Below are positions 1 to 9,187 of a stretch of DNA of 52,871 nucleotides, piece by piece. Under the pieces are notes generated by a model. It ran no database searches, had not been told where the DNA came from, and was given only the letters and a program-made list of their open reading frames with translations. Location: IMG/VR virus record IMGVR_UViG_3300025718_000009, positions 1 to 52,871 of that record; one strand, given 5' to 3'. The DNA is from a virus (taxonomy: Duplodnaviria; Caudoviricetes). The translations under genes and the position numbers were made by a program. Every line of letters starts with the position of its first letter. The stretch's first letter is position 1.

Positions 1-127
1 AATCAAACAGTTGCGTCAAGGTGAATTTGATCTTTTTGTGAGTACGACGATCTTGGAACGCGGTATCACCTTGCCAGGGATACAAGTGGTGGTTCTAGGG
101 GCAGATCATCCTGTGTTTGATGAGCGT
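1..127 (+). pseudogene. comFA: comFA (DEAD/DEAH competence helicase), upstream part, interrupted by the prophage; begins before the window
   Basis: Frame from nt 2 reads IKQLRQGEFDLFVSTTILERGITLPGIQVVVLGADHPVFDER; TTILERG(I/V)T is the ComFA helicase motif V. Confidence 0.85.
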
Positions 128-1616
128 CATGCTTTGGAGCAAAATCGTTACCGTTATTTACCTTTAAATCAATGCTTATAATTCCGCTCTTATCTATAAT
201 TATGCTAGAGACAACCTTCTTGAGGATGCTGTTTTCTTCTTTAGGGCTTAGTTCTCCGTTTCCGATACTTCTAACCATTCGCAATGATGAAGCTAGGTTT
301 TCGGTATTAATATTCTTAACCTCGGATGACCTTAACTGCTTATTAAACTCATCTTCCCTATTTGACAATGCTTGTAATTCTAAATCTATCTCTTTTTTCT
401 TTTTTAAAAGCTCTTCCTTGGTCCAATCTTCATCCATATACAGATCAAGTATCTTACTTTTTCGATTCAATAACTTTTCACGCATTGCGCTTATTTCAGC
501 AAAATCTTTCGCAGAGGGTAAGATTGTTCTGGGGGTTCCTTTGTGCTCCATTAACTCCTTTATATAATCGGCGTTACCCACCATATCAAGCAGTCCTTTT
601 GTCACCATAGCGTTTACTATGGGTAGCTTGTGCCTAACCCGGCATGCTGGATCGTAGGGCCTGTGAAGATAGGTTAGGTAGACGTGTTCACCGTCCTTAG
701 AATTATAGCGCTTAATTCCTACCCTTAATTTCTTGAAACATTCTCCGCATACCAATAACCCGGTTAATAGATAGTTTACTTCGTGAAAATACTCAGCCTG
801 ACCGCTAGAACGTTGGGTGGAAATGGCTTTCATTTTTTCAAACTGTTCTTGAGTAATATAAGGGCCACTTCCGTCTTCCCAATTTATCTTATGAGTTAAC
901 GTTTCGCCCGCTATGGTCTGTTCGTAATACCCTGTGTGGGATGTATTAAACATAATTCTATAAATGATATTTCCTGAGAATTTACCTTCTCTTCTTGTTT
1001 TATAGCCAAGAGATACTAGCCTTTTTCCTATTGCTGAAAATCCCAAACCATCCAAGTACCAATTAAACATAAGTTTTACCACGGCTGCTTCCTCCGGTAC
1101 CACTCTCCATTTATTCGTTTCACGATTGTAAGCTGTGCCAAAGGGAGCCTCAGATGCAAAATAGGTTCCAGCTCTATGAGCAGCCTTTCTGCCCATAGAT
1201 GTACGCTTCTTGATCTTCTTCATTTCCCTGTTAGCTAATAAATTAAAAAGATCGGCTAAAAAGCGATCTTCTTCATTATCTAAATTTATTTCAGAGGTTG
1301 GTGTAACTAGCTTTATACTCATCTTTGCTAATGAGTTAGCCAGGTATGCCCAATCTAACTGTTCGAGGCGGGAAAGTCTATCTTGCTCAAATAAAAGGAC
1401 TTTCCCAAAATGCCTTTTCTCTGCATCGACTAATAATCTGTCAAGCTCCTCACGATCCGAATCTGCTCCGGATTCTCCAAGGTCAGAATAATAGTCAAAT
1501 ATTTCCCAGCCACGAGAATTGGCATACTCCGTTAAGATGCGCTTCTGCTCTCGCGGGGAATAATTATCTGCCTGCTTCTTTGTTGATACCCTAATATAAA
1601 TTGCAACTGTGTCCAT
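66..1616 (-). CDS. Large serine recombinase (phage integrase); 3' end crosses attL
   Basis: YIRVST catalytic motif, DRLSR, recombinase domain, zinc ribbon LLVCGEC, coiled coil; ATG at 1616 follows AGGGGTG RBS (ORF track starts at 1625). Confidence 0.95.
   Translation of the reverse strand: MDTVAIYIRVSTKKQADNYSPREQKRILTEYANSRGWEIFDYYSDLGESGADSDREELDRLLVDAEKRHFGKVLLFEQDRLSRLEQLDWAYLANSLAKMSIKLVTPTSEINLDNEEDRFLADLFNLLANREMKKIKKRTSMGRKAAHRAGTYFASEAPFGTAYNRETNKWRVVPEEAAVVKLMFNWYLDGLGFSAIGKRLVSLGYKTRREGKFSGNIIYRIMFNTSHTGYYEQTIAGETLTHKINWEDGSGPYITQEQFEKMKAISTQRSSGQAEYFHEVNYLLTGLLVCGECFKKLRVGIKRYNSKDGEHVYLTYLHRPYDPACRVRHKLPIVNAMVTKGLLDMVGNADYIKELMEHKGTPRTILPSAKDFAEISAMREKLLNRKSKILDLYMDEDWTKEELLKKKKEIDLELQALSNREDEFNKQLRSSEVKNINTENLASSLRMVRSIGNGELSPKEENSILKKVVSSIIIDKSGIISIDLKVNNGNDFAPKHDAHQTQDDLPLEPPLVSLAR
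117..127 (+). repeat. attL core TTGATGAGCGT
   Basis: Identical 11-mer at 52745-52755; comFA coding stops matching here. Confidence 0.93.
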
Positions 1617-1636
1617 TATGCTCACCCCTGATAAAT

Positions 1637-1768
1637 TTAACTTATCATCTTCGCCTCCGGATATTCCTCTATGAAATCACTAATGAATCTCACGTCAACA
1701 AACACCTTGTCACCGAGGAATAACCAACGTGCACCAGTATCCTTTAGATCACAGATGATAACTTTCAT
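1637..1768 (-). CDS. Small 43-aa protein upstream of the integrase (candidate antirepressor or directionality factor)
   Basis: MKVIICDLKDTGARWLFLGDKVFVDVRFISDFIEEYPEAKMIS*; GGGAGAG RBS; not in ORF track. Confidence 0.6.
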   Translation of the reverse strand: MKVIICDLKDTGARWLFLGDKVFVDVRFISDFIEEYPEAKMIS

Positions 1769-1815
1769 TTGTTCGCTCTCCCATCCTTCTCAACAGAACC
1801 TATGTTATCATATAT

Positions 1816-1829
1816 CGAACATAAGTTCT
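1816..1829. promoter_or_regulatory. LexA/DinR (Cheo) box CGAACATAAGTTCT
   Basis: Matches Firmicute GAAC-N4-GTTC; next to minus-strand -10 TATGAT (1807-1812). Confidence 0.7.
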
Positions 1830-1906
1830 ATAGAAACTTGCTTATATTACTTCGCGAACAACGAAATTATATCCTCTAAATTATGACAATTTATTCCGAC
1901 AGAATA

Positions 1907-2305
1907 CTACCGTTTACTCGCTTTTCTCGCTTCTTTCTCGTGTAATTCAATTAGATTTTTTAGGAATTCCAATGAGAAAATTTCCTTCTCGTCGACTTCC
2001 TGTATTAACGAGATGTAGGGAAGGCTTTTTTGCTTAGCAACATATTCCTTAATGCTGTCAGGAAGTTCCACTTTATTTAAGTCGGCTAGTTGCTCCAATG
2101 TCATATTGTGCTTATCTAGTAGGTAAGATGAGCTAACGCCTAATGCCTCGGCCACCTTCTCTAATGACTTTATCGACATATTACATTTCCCGTTCTCCGC
2201 ATCTGATAAATAAGAAAGTGATAACCCTGTGATATTGTGTAGATCAGTTAATGAAATGTTTCTTATTCGTTCTCTTACATATTTGATCTTTTGGCCGTAC
2301 TCCAT
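1907..2305 (-). CDS. CI-like XRE HTH repressor (no S24 peptidase domain)
   Basis: HTH LTDLHNITGLSLSYLSDAENGKCNMS; divergent from cro-like gene. Confidence 0.85.
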   Translation of the reverse strand: MEYGQKIKYVRERIRNISLTDLHNITGLSLSYLSDAENGKCNMSIKSLEKVAEALGVSSSYLLDKHNMTLEQLADLNKVELPDSIKEYVAKQKSLPYISLIQEVDEKEIFSLEFLKNLIELHEKEARKASKR

Positions 2306-2414
2306 AATTCACCGTTCCTTTATATACGAACTAGTTTATAGTATATACTTATAAGTACGATATTAACGGATGGAATTCCTTTTTAAAAATATCGAAATAT
2401 CTTTGTTTGATGCC

Positions 2415-2443
2415 TTGACAATTCGATATTATCGAATTATACT
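2415..2443 (+). promoter_or_regulatory. Early rightward sigmaA promoter with palindromic operator as spacer
   Basis: TTGACA-17bp-TATACT; AATTCGATA-T-TATCGAATT palindrome 2420-2438; degenerate copies at 2356-2370 and 2508-2522. Confidence 0.85.
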
Positions 2444-2538
2444 AAGATTAATGAATCACCCGCTAGCAAAAACCGGAACAAAGCGGGAATATTTTTTACC
2501 CTAACAATTCGGTATTATTGAAGAATGGAGTTGAGAAC

Positions 2539-2736
2539 ATGACGGTTGGACACCAAGTTCGTAAATACAGAAATTTAAAAGGATGGAATCTTCGTGAACT
2601 TGGAAAACGCTCAGGATTAGCCATCAGCACATTGTCAGACATTGAAAATGACAAGGCAGCCCCGAGTATTAAAGCACTTAGAAGAGTAGCCGAAGCACTG
2701 GGAGTGGATATTGACTATTTATTTAAACAGGAGTGA
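2539..2736 (+). CDS. Cro-like XRE regulator
   Basis: LRELGKRSGLAISTLSDIENDKAAPS HTH. Confidence 0.85.
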   Translation: MTVGHQVRKYRNLKGWNLRELGKRSGLAISTLSDIENDKAAPSIKALRRVAEALGVDIDYLFKQE

Positions 2737-2742
2737 TTTAAG

Positions 2743-2937
2743 TTGTTGACACTTCAAGAAGAGATTCAATATCACGCAACGATATGGTCCGAGATACCGG
2801 AGCTACTAGCGAGATTAGTTAACACCGGGAAAACGGATGATGCCGTGAAGCTTCTGGTTCAGTGGGGAACACACACTAAAGTGAATACGGAACTTTGGAA
2901 AGAAGCCACTCAATTATTGAAAGGAGAGAGCGCATGA
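2743..2937 (+). CDS. Hypothetical phage protein
   Basis: AGGAG RBS, coupled to neighbours. Confidence 0.6.
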   Translation: MLTLQEEIQYHATIWSEIPELLARLVNTGKTDDAVKLLVQWGTHTKVNTELWKEATQLLKGESA

Positions 2938-3140
2938 GAATACTAATGCCCATCTGCCGGCTGCTACTCAAGTCAGATCGCATTAAGCGAGTAATCTTCG
3001 CTCATGAAGTTCAGCAGAACGACCAACGATACCACGAGCACTGGGCGAAGTTAATGCATAGTGGTTCCACAGTTCGAGAGGACGATAAGCCTGTTGAGCG
3101 TCCAGTGTTCATCGATTCAGTAAATTGGGGAGGAATGTAG
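2934..3140 (+). CDS. Hypothetical phage protein (HEHWAxLxHSG motif)
   Basis: AAGGAG RBS; motif shared with 9453-9722. Confidence 0.6.
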   Translation: MRILMPICRLLLKSDRIKRVIFAHEVQQNDQRYHEHWAKLMHSGSTVREDDKPVERPVFIDSVNWGGM

Positions 3141-3142
3141 TT

Positions 3143-3565
3143 ATGTTAAAGCAAACAACCCGTGAAAAACTCCATGCCCTAGTCCAGCATCCCGACTTTG
3201 CTTATATCTCCGTTGAAATCGGGGACAAGAAAATGTTTCACATCATGGACAAGGGAAACCCTGTTTTTTACACAGATGTCAATATTCACACCGAAGGAGA
3301 ACTATCGCTGGATCGACTTATTAAATTAATGCCGGAGATTTCGATTACTGAACGCGTACCAAACAGGGTGGAGCATTCGGATCACATTAGTTTTGGGGAA
3401 TACGCACGTGGGACGCTGGAAGACGCAAAGTTTAATTATTGGTCTACGTTCTCGACGATGCCAAAAGAAATAGCTCCCGCGCCAACGGAAGCCATAGGAA
3501 AAATTATCTTACCTGATTCTACCACAGAATGGACCACTGAGGAAATCTTAAGGCAGGAGGGCTGA
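3143..3565 (+). CDS. Hypothetical phage protein
   Basis: GGAGG RBS, operon context. Confidence 0.6.
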   Translation: MLKQTTREKLHALVQHPDFAYISVEIGDKKMFHIMDKGNPVFYTDVNIHTEGELSLDRLIKLMPEISITERVPNRVEHSDHISFGEYARGTLEDAKFNYWSTFSTMPKEIAPAPTEAIGKIILPDSTTEWTTEEILRQEG

Positions 3566-3569
3566 GTAG

Positions 3570-4475
3570 GTGGATAACGCTTTAACAATTACGACAGTTA
3601 ATAATTATCCGGCCGAGACGTTTAACCGGCTTTTCCCCGCAACAATGACTGAGATCAGTCCCTTGCACAAAATTATGGTAAATATCGTTCAGATCAATAC
3701 GGATATCACGGCTAAGGAAGTATACAAGCAGAAGAATGGAGAACTCAGCCTCACAAAAATAGCCTGCATGAAATTGATGACAGCGGCTAACGTGGTTATG
3801 GAGGATTCTAAGTCAATTTTACCGCAAGGGTGCCAAAGGTGTATCGAAGTATCACGATCAACACGACTTGCGCCGCAGTGCAACGGATGTCCGACTAAAG
3901 AAGATGTTGCTTATCAAGTATCAATACTTGTTCCAGAACCATCAGGTGGTCACCGTAGATATATTGCCACAAAGGAAGTTACTAAAAAGGATACCCAGGC
4001 TAAGAGTAATCCGCTAGAACACATGGGTGCTAATTGTGAGACCAAGGCATTACTCAGGGCGCTGCGTGCAGGACTAGGACTCAAGGGATCATATACACCG
4101 GCTGAGTTATCAAAGCCTTTTGCGGTCGCGTTAGTGGTATTGAACACAACAGATCCAGACATGAAGGCAGCACTGATTCAGAGATACGCTGCCGGCCAGG
4201 ATGCTCTGTTTGGAGGATCCTCGGAAAGCCATCAATTACCAGCTGGGAATCTCCAGCAACTCCCTGAGGGAACGATCAATGGTGAAGTTAAGGTTGTTGG
4301 TCCGGATCCAGAGGACGACAACGATGATATACCATGGGATCAGGCGAAGTGTGAAGTATGTCAGAAGCCAATTCAGGCCGTTGGTGATTGGACCGTAGCA
4401 ATGATAGTAGATCATCTGAAAGCTAAGTATGGAAAAGTCGTTTGTGAATCATGCAGAATGGGAGGAGCGAAGTAA
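3570..4475 (+). CDS. Putative recombination protein with two CxxC pairs and C-terminal zinc finger
   Basis: CQRC/CNGC, DDDIPW, CEVC...CESC; precedes SbcCD. Confidence 0.5.
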   Translation: MDNALTITTVNNYPAETFNRLFPATMTEISPLHKIMVNIVQINTDITAKEVYKQKNGELSLTKIACMKLMTAANVVMEDSKSILPQGCQRCIEVSRSTRLAPQCNGCPTKEDVAYQVSILVPEPSGGHRRYIATKEVTKKDTQAKSNPLEHMGANCETKALLRALRAGLGLKGSYTPAELSKPFAVALVVLNTTDPDMKAALIQRYAAGQDALFGGSSESHQLPAGNLQQLPEGTINGEVKVVGPDPEDDNDDIPWDQAKCEVCQKPIQAVGDWTVAMIVDHLKAKYGKVVCESCRMGGAK

Positions 4476-7400
4476 TGAGAATTTTACACACTGCCGATTG
4501 GCATATTGGGGAATTATCCGGTCCAGTAATTGAAGGGAAGAATGCACGACTTCAAGATACCTTGAAATGCGTAGACCACCTAGTTGAGTACGCACAAAGA
4601 GAGCAGCCGGATGCGATTCTCATCTCTGGTGATCTCTTCGATAAGTCAAAACTATGGGGAGACAGTATGTTGTCGCTTATCGATCAAGTAGCACAGCGGT
4701 TACGCGCTCTTGCTGGAATTGCTCCCACGGTTTTAATGTTTGGGACTGATAACCACGATAGTATGAAGGCTTTTCAGAATATAAGCGAGATGCGTATAGC
4801 GGATTTACATGTTTTGATGAATCCCGATATTTTCACAATTAATACAGAGTCTGGGCTATTACAGATTGCCTGCGTTCCAGGCTTCGATAAAGGATACTTC
4901 CGAGCAAAGTTCCCTGGCATGGCGCCGGCGGATGAACACATGATGTGCAGCCAATTCCTTGGAGACATGGTCAACGGACTAAGCGCACAACTGGATCCGA
5001 CAGTCCCGAGCGTATTAATGGCTCATTACACGGTCGTTGGATGCGAACTAGACAATGGACAGCACGTATTTACTCAGTCCGAAGTTGTTTTGCCTAAGGA
5101 AGCACTCGCCGGGAGCGCGTTCGACCTAGTGGCATTGGGACATATTCACCGGGCACAGAGAGTCGAAGGAATTGAGAAGCCAGTGTTCTACTCCGGTCCT
5201 GTCAATGGGATCACGTTTAACGAAGAAGGGCAAGACAAGGGATTTTGGATGCACGAGATCGGTACGATCGAAACTGACGAGGAATCAGAGATGCCTAATT
5301 ATGTAGAGTCAGAGTTCATTGTTACGCCGTACAGGAAATTCTTAACGTTAAAGGCTGACTTCACAGAATCGATTAACTTACCTCTTGATCTTAATATGGA
5401 ACTTGTTCATCCCTTATTTCCGAACACAGTCGGGAGGATCGTCCGCCTAGAATATGAATGCACGGAAGAACAGAAGCCCATACTTAATCACAAGGAAATG
5501 GAGTCATTAATTAAGTCCGGTGGAGCATTCCATGTATCAGAAGTTAAGGCTAAACGGATCATCACGGCCCTAGCAAAACAGGATCTAACTGAAACGTCTG
5601 GGCCTCTGGAAAACTTAGCAGCCTGGTTAACTGTCGAAGGGTTCAGCATAGAGGATGCAGTTCCTGTCCTCGAACTATCAAGGCCATTAATAGACACAAT
5701 CTCAGCCAAGATGCCAACCGGCACGCTGAGCGGAGTATTCGAACCACGATCGCTGGAAGTTAAGAACTATCGGTCATATCTTGGAGAAACGTTTAATTTT
5801 AAAGACATCTTCTTTGCCACTGTGAACGGCCCTAATGGAATTGGTAAATCTAGTTTCTTCATGGATGCGATTTCAGATTGTCTTTATGAGGAAACACGCA
5901 CAGGGATAACTGGCAGCTGGATAACAAACGGTCAAACTGATGGAATGATGCAATTCGAGTTTTCAATGGGAGTAACCAATTGGCGAGTGATCCGGACGAG
6001 GAGCATTAAGGGCAGCGGGAAGATTACCCTGGCGTTGCAGGAGCTCTTGTCTGATAAGTGGGAAGATCGATCGGGCACTACAACCAGACAAACTCAGGAA
6101 AAAGTCGAAGCCTTACTGGGTATGGATTGCTCCACGTTCCGTTGCACAGCCTTAATCATGCAAGATGCCTATGGATTATTCATGGAAGCCGATAAGGAAG
6201 CTCGCATGGGAGTCCTGGCTAATCTCCTTGGGTTGAGTATCTACGATCAATTAACTGATTTAGCTAAGGCGAAGGTCACGGAGTTGAATCGGAGTCTTAC
6301 GATATCCAAAGCGAAATTAGAGGATTTGGACGAAAAACTTAAGGCTAAACCGGGAGTTATGGAAGAGGTAAATGTTTACGAATCAGACCTTAATCAAGTC
6401 GCAGCGGATATCACCGCCAAGGAAAGCGAGATAAAGATTGCCGAAGAATTAGTCCGGGTCCTTAAGGGTAAGGCTGAGAAGGTTGAGGAGCTCAGGAAGC
6501 AAGGTAGTGTGCTTAATTATGAGGTAGCAAGCAAGCAAATAGATATCTTGGAGAATCAGAAACAGTCTGAGAGGGCCACTCAGATGTTGGCTAATGAAGA
6601 ACAGATTATTGCTAAGGCTAAAGAGTATGTAACGGTAAAGGATCAGGTCTTGGTGCTGGAAACTAAAAAACCTAAGTGGCTGGAGATTGGAAATAACCGC
6701 GTGAAAATTGCCCGTGACATAACCTTATTGGATCTACAAATAAAAAGACTTGCTCCACAGATAAGTGAACTGGAGAAAGTATTGGCGAGCAAACCTGAAT
6801 TGGACATAGCTGCCGATCGGTATAAGTCAGAGGTCATTAGACTTGAGGTAATGGATGCTCTGTCAGCTAAGGCTGCGGATATGAACCAATTAATCATGAA
6901 TGCAGAGAAGGACACTGATAGGACAGGGGAAGAGATAGACCTTAAGCGAGTCGCCCTTAAGCAAAAGCAATCAAAGCTTGAGGAACTAATTAGAAAGTCC
7001 GCTATGCTGGCAAATGCAAACTGCATTGATCCCGATAACGCTAAGTGTGCTTTTTTGGCTGATGCCCAGAAGGCTAAGGCTCAACTTCCAGTGGCCGAAG
7101 AGGAAATCAAGATTGCTGTGCAAGAAATTACCGACATGCATGAGACCCGTAAGCCGTTTTTACAAATCGTGGTGGACTTAGAAATACAGAACAAGGCTAT
7201 AGGTTACGAGAGAATCCGGGATGGGCAAGCTCATTATGACCTAAGGAATCTAGTAAATACCCTACGTCCCAAGGCAGAACTCGCAGGTCAACTAGACTCC
7301 AAAGCTGAGTTACTCAAGGGACTTCTCGAACAATCGTATGACAGTACACAACGCCAAATTGACTTAGGGTCACAACTTACAGACATAACTTTTCAGTGTG

Positions 7401-8323
7401 TTGCCCTGGACGGTGAACTAAAGGAATTACCAATACTAGTTGAACGTCTCCCCAAACTCCTGCAATGGGTTAGTGCTAAAGAAGAACTCCCAGCAGCACG
7501 CCAACTCATATCTTCTGTTTCTGACATCATCAAGGGCATTGAGTCAGACATAACCGCTAAGCAAGTCCAGATGAAGGCTATCGACGATGAGATAGAGCTG
7601 TGCCGTGCTGAAGCCGCTAAGTTAACAGATGCCACACGAAGCGTCCAGACGTCATACGACTATCTAAAATACCTTCAAGGCAAACAACTCGAATTCCACG
7701 AGAAGATCGGAGCCCTAACCTCTCAACTAAAAACACTCGCCAAGTACGATGCGGATCGGCTGCAGCTCATTTCTGACATGGCACCAACGGCTAAGGATCT
7801 TACCAGTTATCAAACTCTCACCAAAGCCTTTGGTCTCGATGGAATCCCTTTCTCCATCGTTCGCTCGGTAGTGCCGGAATTATCCTACATGTCCAACGAT
7901 ATCTTAGGCCAAATGACTGGCGGGAAGATGGCACTCGAAATGAGCACGGAGCGAGTCCAAAAGAATAAGAAAGAAGTTAACGCCCTGGAGGTGTGGATCA
8001 CAGACTACAGAGGCCGAATCCCTTATGGCGATCGTTCCGGAGGGGAGAAGGTTAAGGCTGCGCTGGCAAATGCGTTTGCTCTCGCTGACCTCAAGGCCCG
8101 GAGAGTTGGAATCCAGCTGGGGATGATGTTTGTGGATGAACCGCCCTTCTTAGATGCAGCCGGTGCTGAAGCTTACTGTGATGCTCTGGAGCAATTAAAT
8201 TATAGGTACCCGAATATGAGGGTTATCGCAATCTCTCACGATCCGGCCATGAAGGCAAGATTCCCGCAACAAATCGACGTGGTGGATATGGGCGACGAGG
8301 GAAGTAAAGTGAGAATCGCGTAA
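4475..8323 (+). CDS. SbcD-SbcC (Mre11-Rad50) fusion nuclease/ATPase
   Basis: HTADWH, GDLFD, NHD, LGHIH phosphoesterase motifs; Walker A GPNGIGKS, coiled coil, SGGE signature, VDEP Walker B, ISH. Confidence 0.92.
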   Translation: MRILHTADWHIGELSGPVIEGKNARLQDTLKCVDHLVEYAQREQPDAILISGDLFDKSKLWGDSMLSLIDQVAQRLRALAGIAPTVLMFGTDNHDSMKAFQNISEMRIADLHVLMNPDIFTINTESGLLQIACVPGFDKGYFRAKFPGMAPADEHMMCSQFLGDMVNGLSAQLDPTVPSVLMAHYTVVGCELDNGQHVFTQSEVVLPKEALAGSAFDLVALGHIHRAQRVEGIEKPVFYSGPVNGITFNEEGQDKGFWMHEIGTIETDEESEMPNYVESEFIVTPYRKFLTLKADFTESINLPLDLNMELVHPLFPNTVGRIVRLEYECTEEQKPILNHKEMESLIKSGGAFHVSEVKAKRIITALAKQDLTETSGPLENLAAWLTVEGFSIEDAVPVLELSRPLIDTISAKMPTGTLSGVFEPRSLEVKNYRSYLGETFNFKDIFFATVNGPNGIGKSSFFMDAISDCLYEETRTGITGSWITNGQTDGMMQFEFSMGVTNWRVIRTRSIKGSGKITLALQELLSDKWEDRSGTTTRQTQEKVEALLGMDCSTFRCTALIMQDAYGLFMEADKEARMGVLANLLGLSIYDQLTDLAKAKVTELNRSLTISKAKLEDLDEKLKAKPGVMEEVNVYESDLNQVAADITAKESEIKIAEELVRVLKGKAEKVEELRKQGSVLNYEVASKQIDILENQKQSERATQMLANEEQIIAKAKEYVTVKDQVLVLETKKPKWLEIGNNRVKIARDITLLDLQIKRLAPQISELEKVLASKPELDIAADRYKSEVIRLEVMDALSAKAADMNQLIMNAEKDTDRTGEEIDLKRVALKQKQSKLEELIRKSAMLANANCIDPDNAKCAFLADAQKAKAQLPVAEEEIKIAVQEITDMHETRKPFLQIVVDLEIQNKAIGYERIRDGQAHYDLRNLVNTLRPKAELAGQLDSKAELLKGLLEQSYDSTQRQIDLGSQLTDITFQCVALDGELKELPILVERLPKLLQWVSAKEELPAARQLISSVSDIIKGIESDITAKQVQMKAIDDEIELCRAEAAKLTDATRSVQTSYDYLKYLQGKQLEFHEKIGALTSQLKTLAKYDADRLQLISDMAPTAKDLTSYQTLTKAFGLDGIPFSIVRSVVPELSYMSNDILGQMTGGKMALEMSTERVQKNKKEVNALEVWITDYRGRIPYGDRSGGEKVKAALANAFALADLKARRVGIQLGMMFVDEPPFLDAAGAEAYCDALEQLNYRYPNMRVIAISHDPAMKARFPQQIDVVDMGDEGSKVRIA

Positions 8324-8372
8324 ATGCGATTCTCGTCACCATTAACTAAAAAGTGCACAAGGAGCTGATCCA

Positions 8373-8552
8373 ATGACTTGTAAGTTCACCAGAGACAAGG
8401 ATGGAGCGCTGATGATCGTCTGCAGTAAGGACGTCGTGGATTATGAGATGGTCGTACTGAGAAAAGCGAACCAGTGCAATAAATGGGAAGTATGTAAGGC
8501 TTGCGAGTCATATAAGAAATGCCAAAAAGTATGGCTGGAAGGAAAGCGCTAA
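8373..8552 (+). CDS. Small Cys-rich hypothetical protein (59 aa)
   Basis: AAGGAG RBS; MTCKFTRDKDG...CKACESYKKC; not in ORF track. Confidence 0.55.
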   Translation: MTCKFTRDKDGALMIVCSKDVVDYEMVVLRKANQCNKWEVCKACESYKKCQKVWLEGKR

Positions 8553-8666
8553 TCTATCTTAACTATATTTTTTTACCACCCGCTAGGACAAGTTATCAAT
8601 CTTCACATCTTATGCGGGCGATTAAGACTTAGAAGCGATTCGTGCAAATAAAGGGAGGGCAACACC

Positions 8667-8921
8667 ATGGGTATTAATTTTAAGGCAACAATCAAGCGAG
8701 GAGATCCAATGCCTAGCCAATGTGAGATATGCGGATCTGTTAAGGCCATCACCAAGAGTGATCGGCGTATAGTCCAAGCCAACGAAGCTCAACTAAACAA
8801 ATGTTATGACGAAAAACCGGAAGATTGGAGATCTAAATACCAACCATTCACTAATTCCAAAAGGACTATTATCCCAACATGCAAAAACTTTTCTCACATG
8901 AGAACTTGCACTTATCGATAG
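8667..8921 (+). CDS. Hypothetical protein
   Basis: GGGAGG RBS; CEIC motif. Confidence 0.5.
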   Translation: MGINFKATIKRGDPMPSQCEICGSVKAITKSDRRIVQANEAQLNKCYDEKPEDWRSKYQPFTNSKRTIIPTCKNFSHMRTCTYR

Positions 8922-8935
8922 AGGAGGGCAACACC

Positions 8936-9187
8936 ATGTTAACTCCAACATGTAAATGCGGCCAAGAAATGCACTTCCCCAAACGTAAAAACAACTCCAT
9001 GTGTACTACCAAGGATTGTGGTATGAGATGGGAGCGTAGGCCAGAAGGGTTTTGGGCGGTTGGGCTTTTTACTCTCTCGTTTACCCCAATACTCACAAGC
9101 GAGAAAGCTTGCTCGGTTAGATCGCGTAAGGATCGGTACTCGAATTACCCTAAGTCGAAGAGGCGCAAGGGGCGAAGAATTCCGTGA
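8936..9187 (+). CDS. Hypothetical zinc-ribbon protein
   Basis: GGAGG RBS; CKCG...CTTKDCG. Confidence 0.55.
   Translation: MLTPTCKCGQEMHFPKRKNNSMCTTKDCGMRWERRPEGFWAVGLFTLSFTPILTSEKACSVRSRKDRYSNYPKSKRRKGRRIP

Noticed and set aside
8553-8666. Riboswitch or tRNA in intergenic gaps
   Set aside because: No recognisable riboswitch consensus or cloverleaf by eye; an Rfam scan would be decisive
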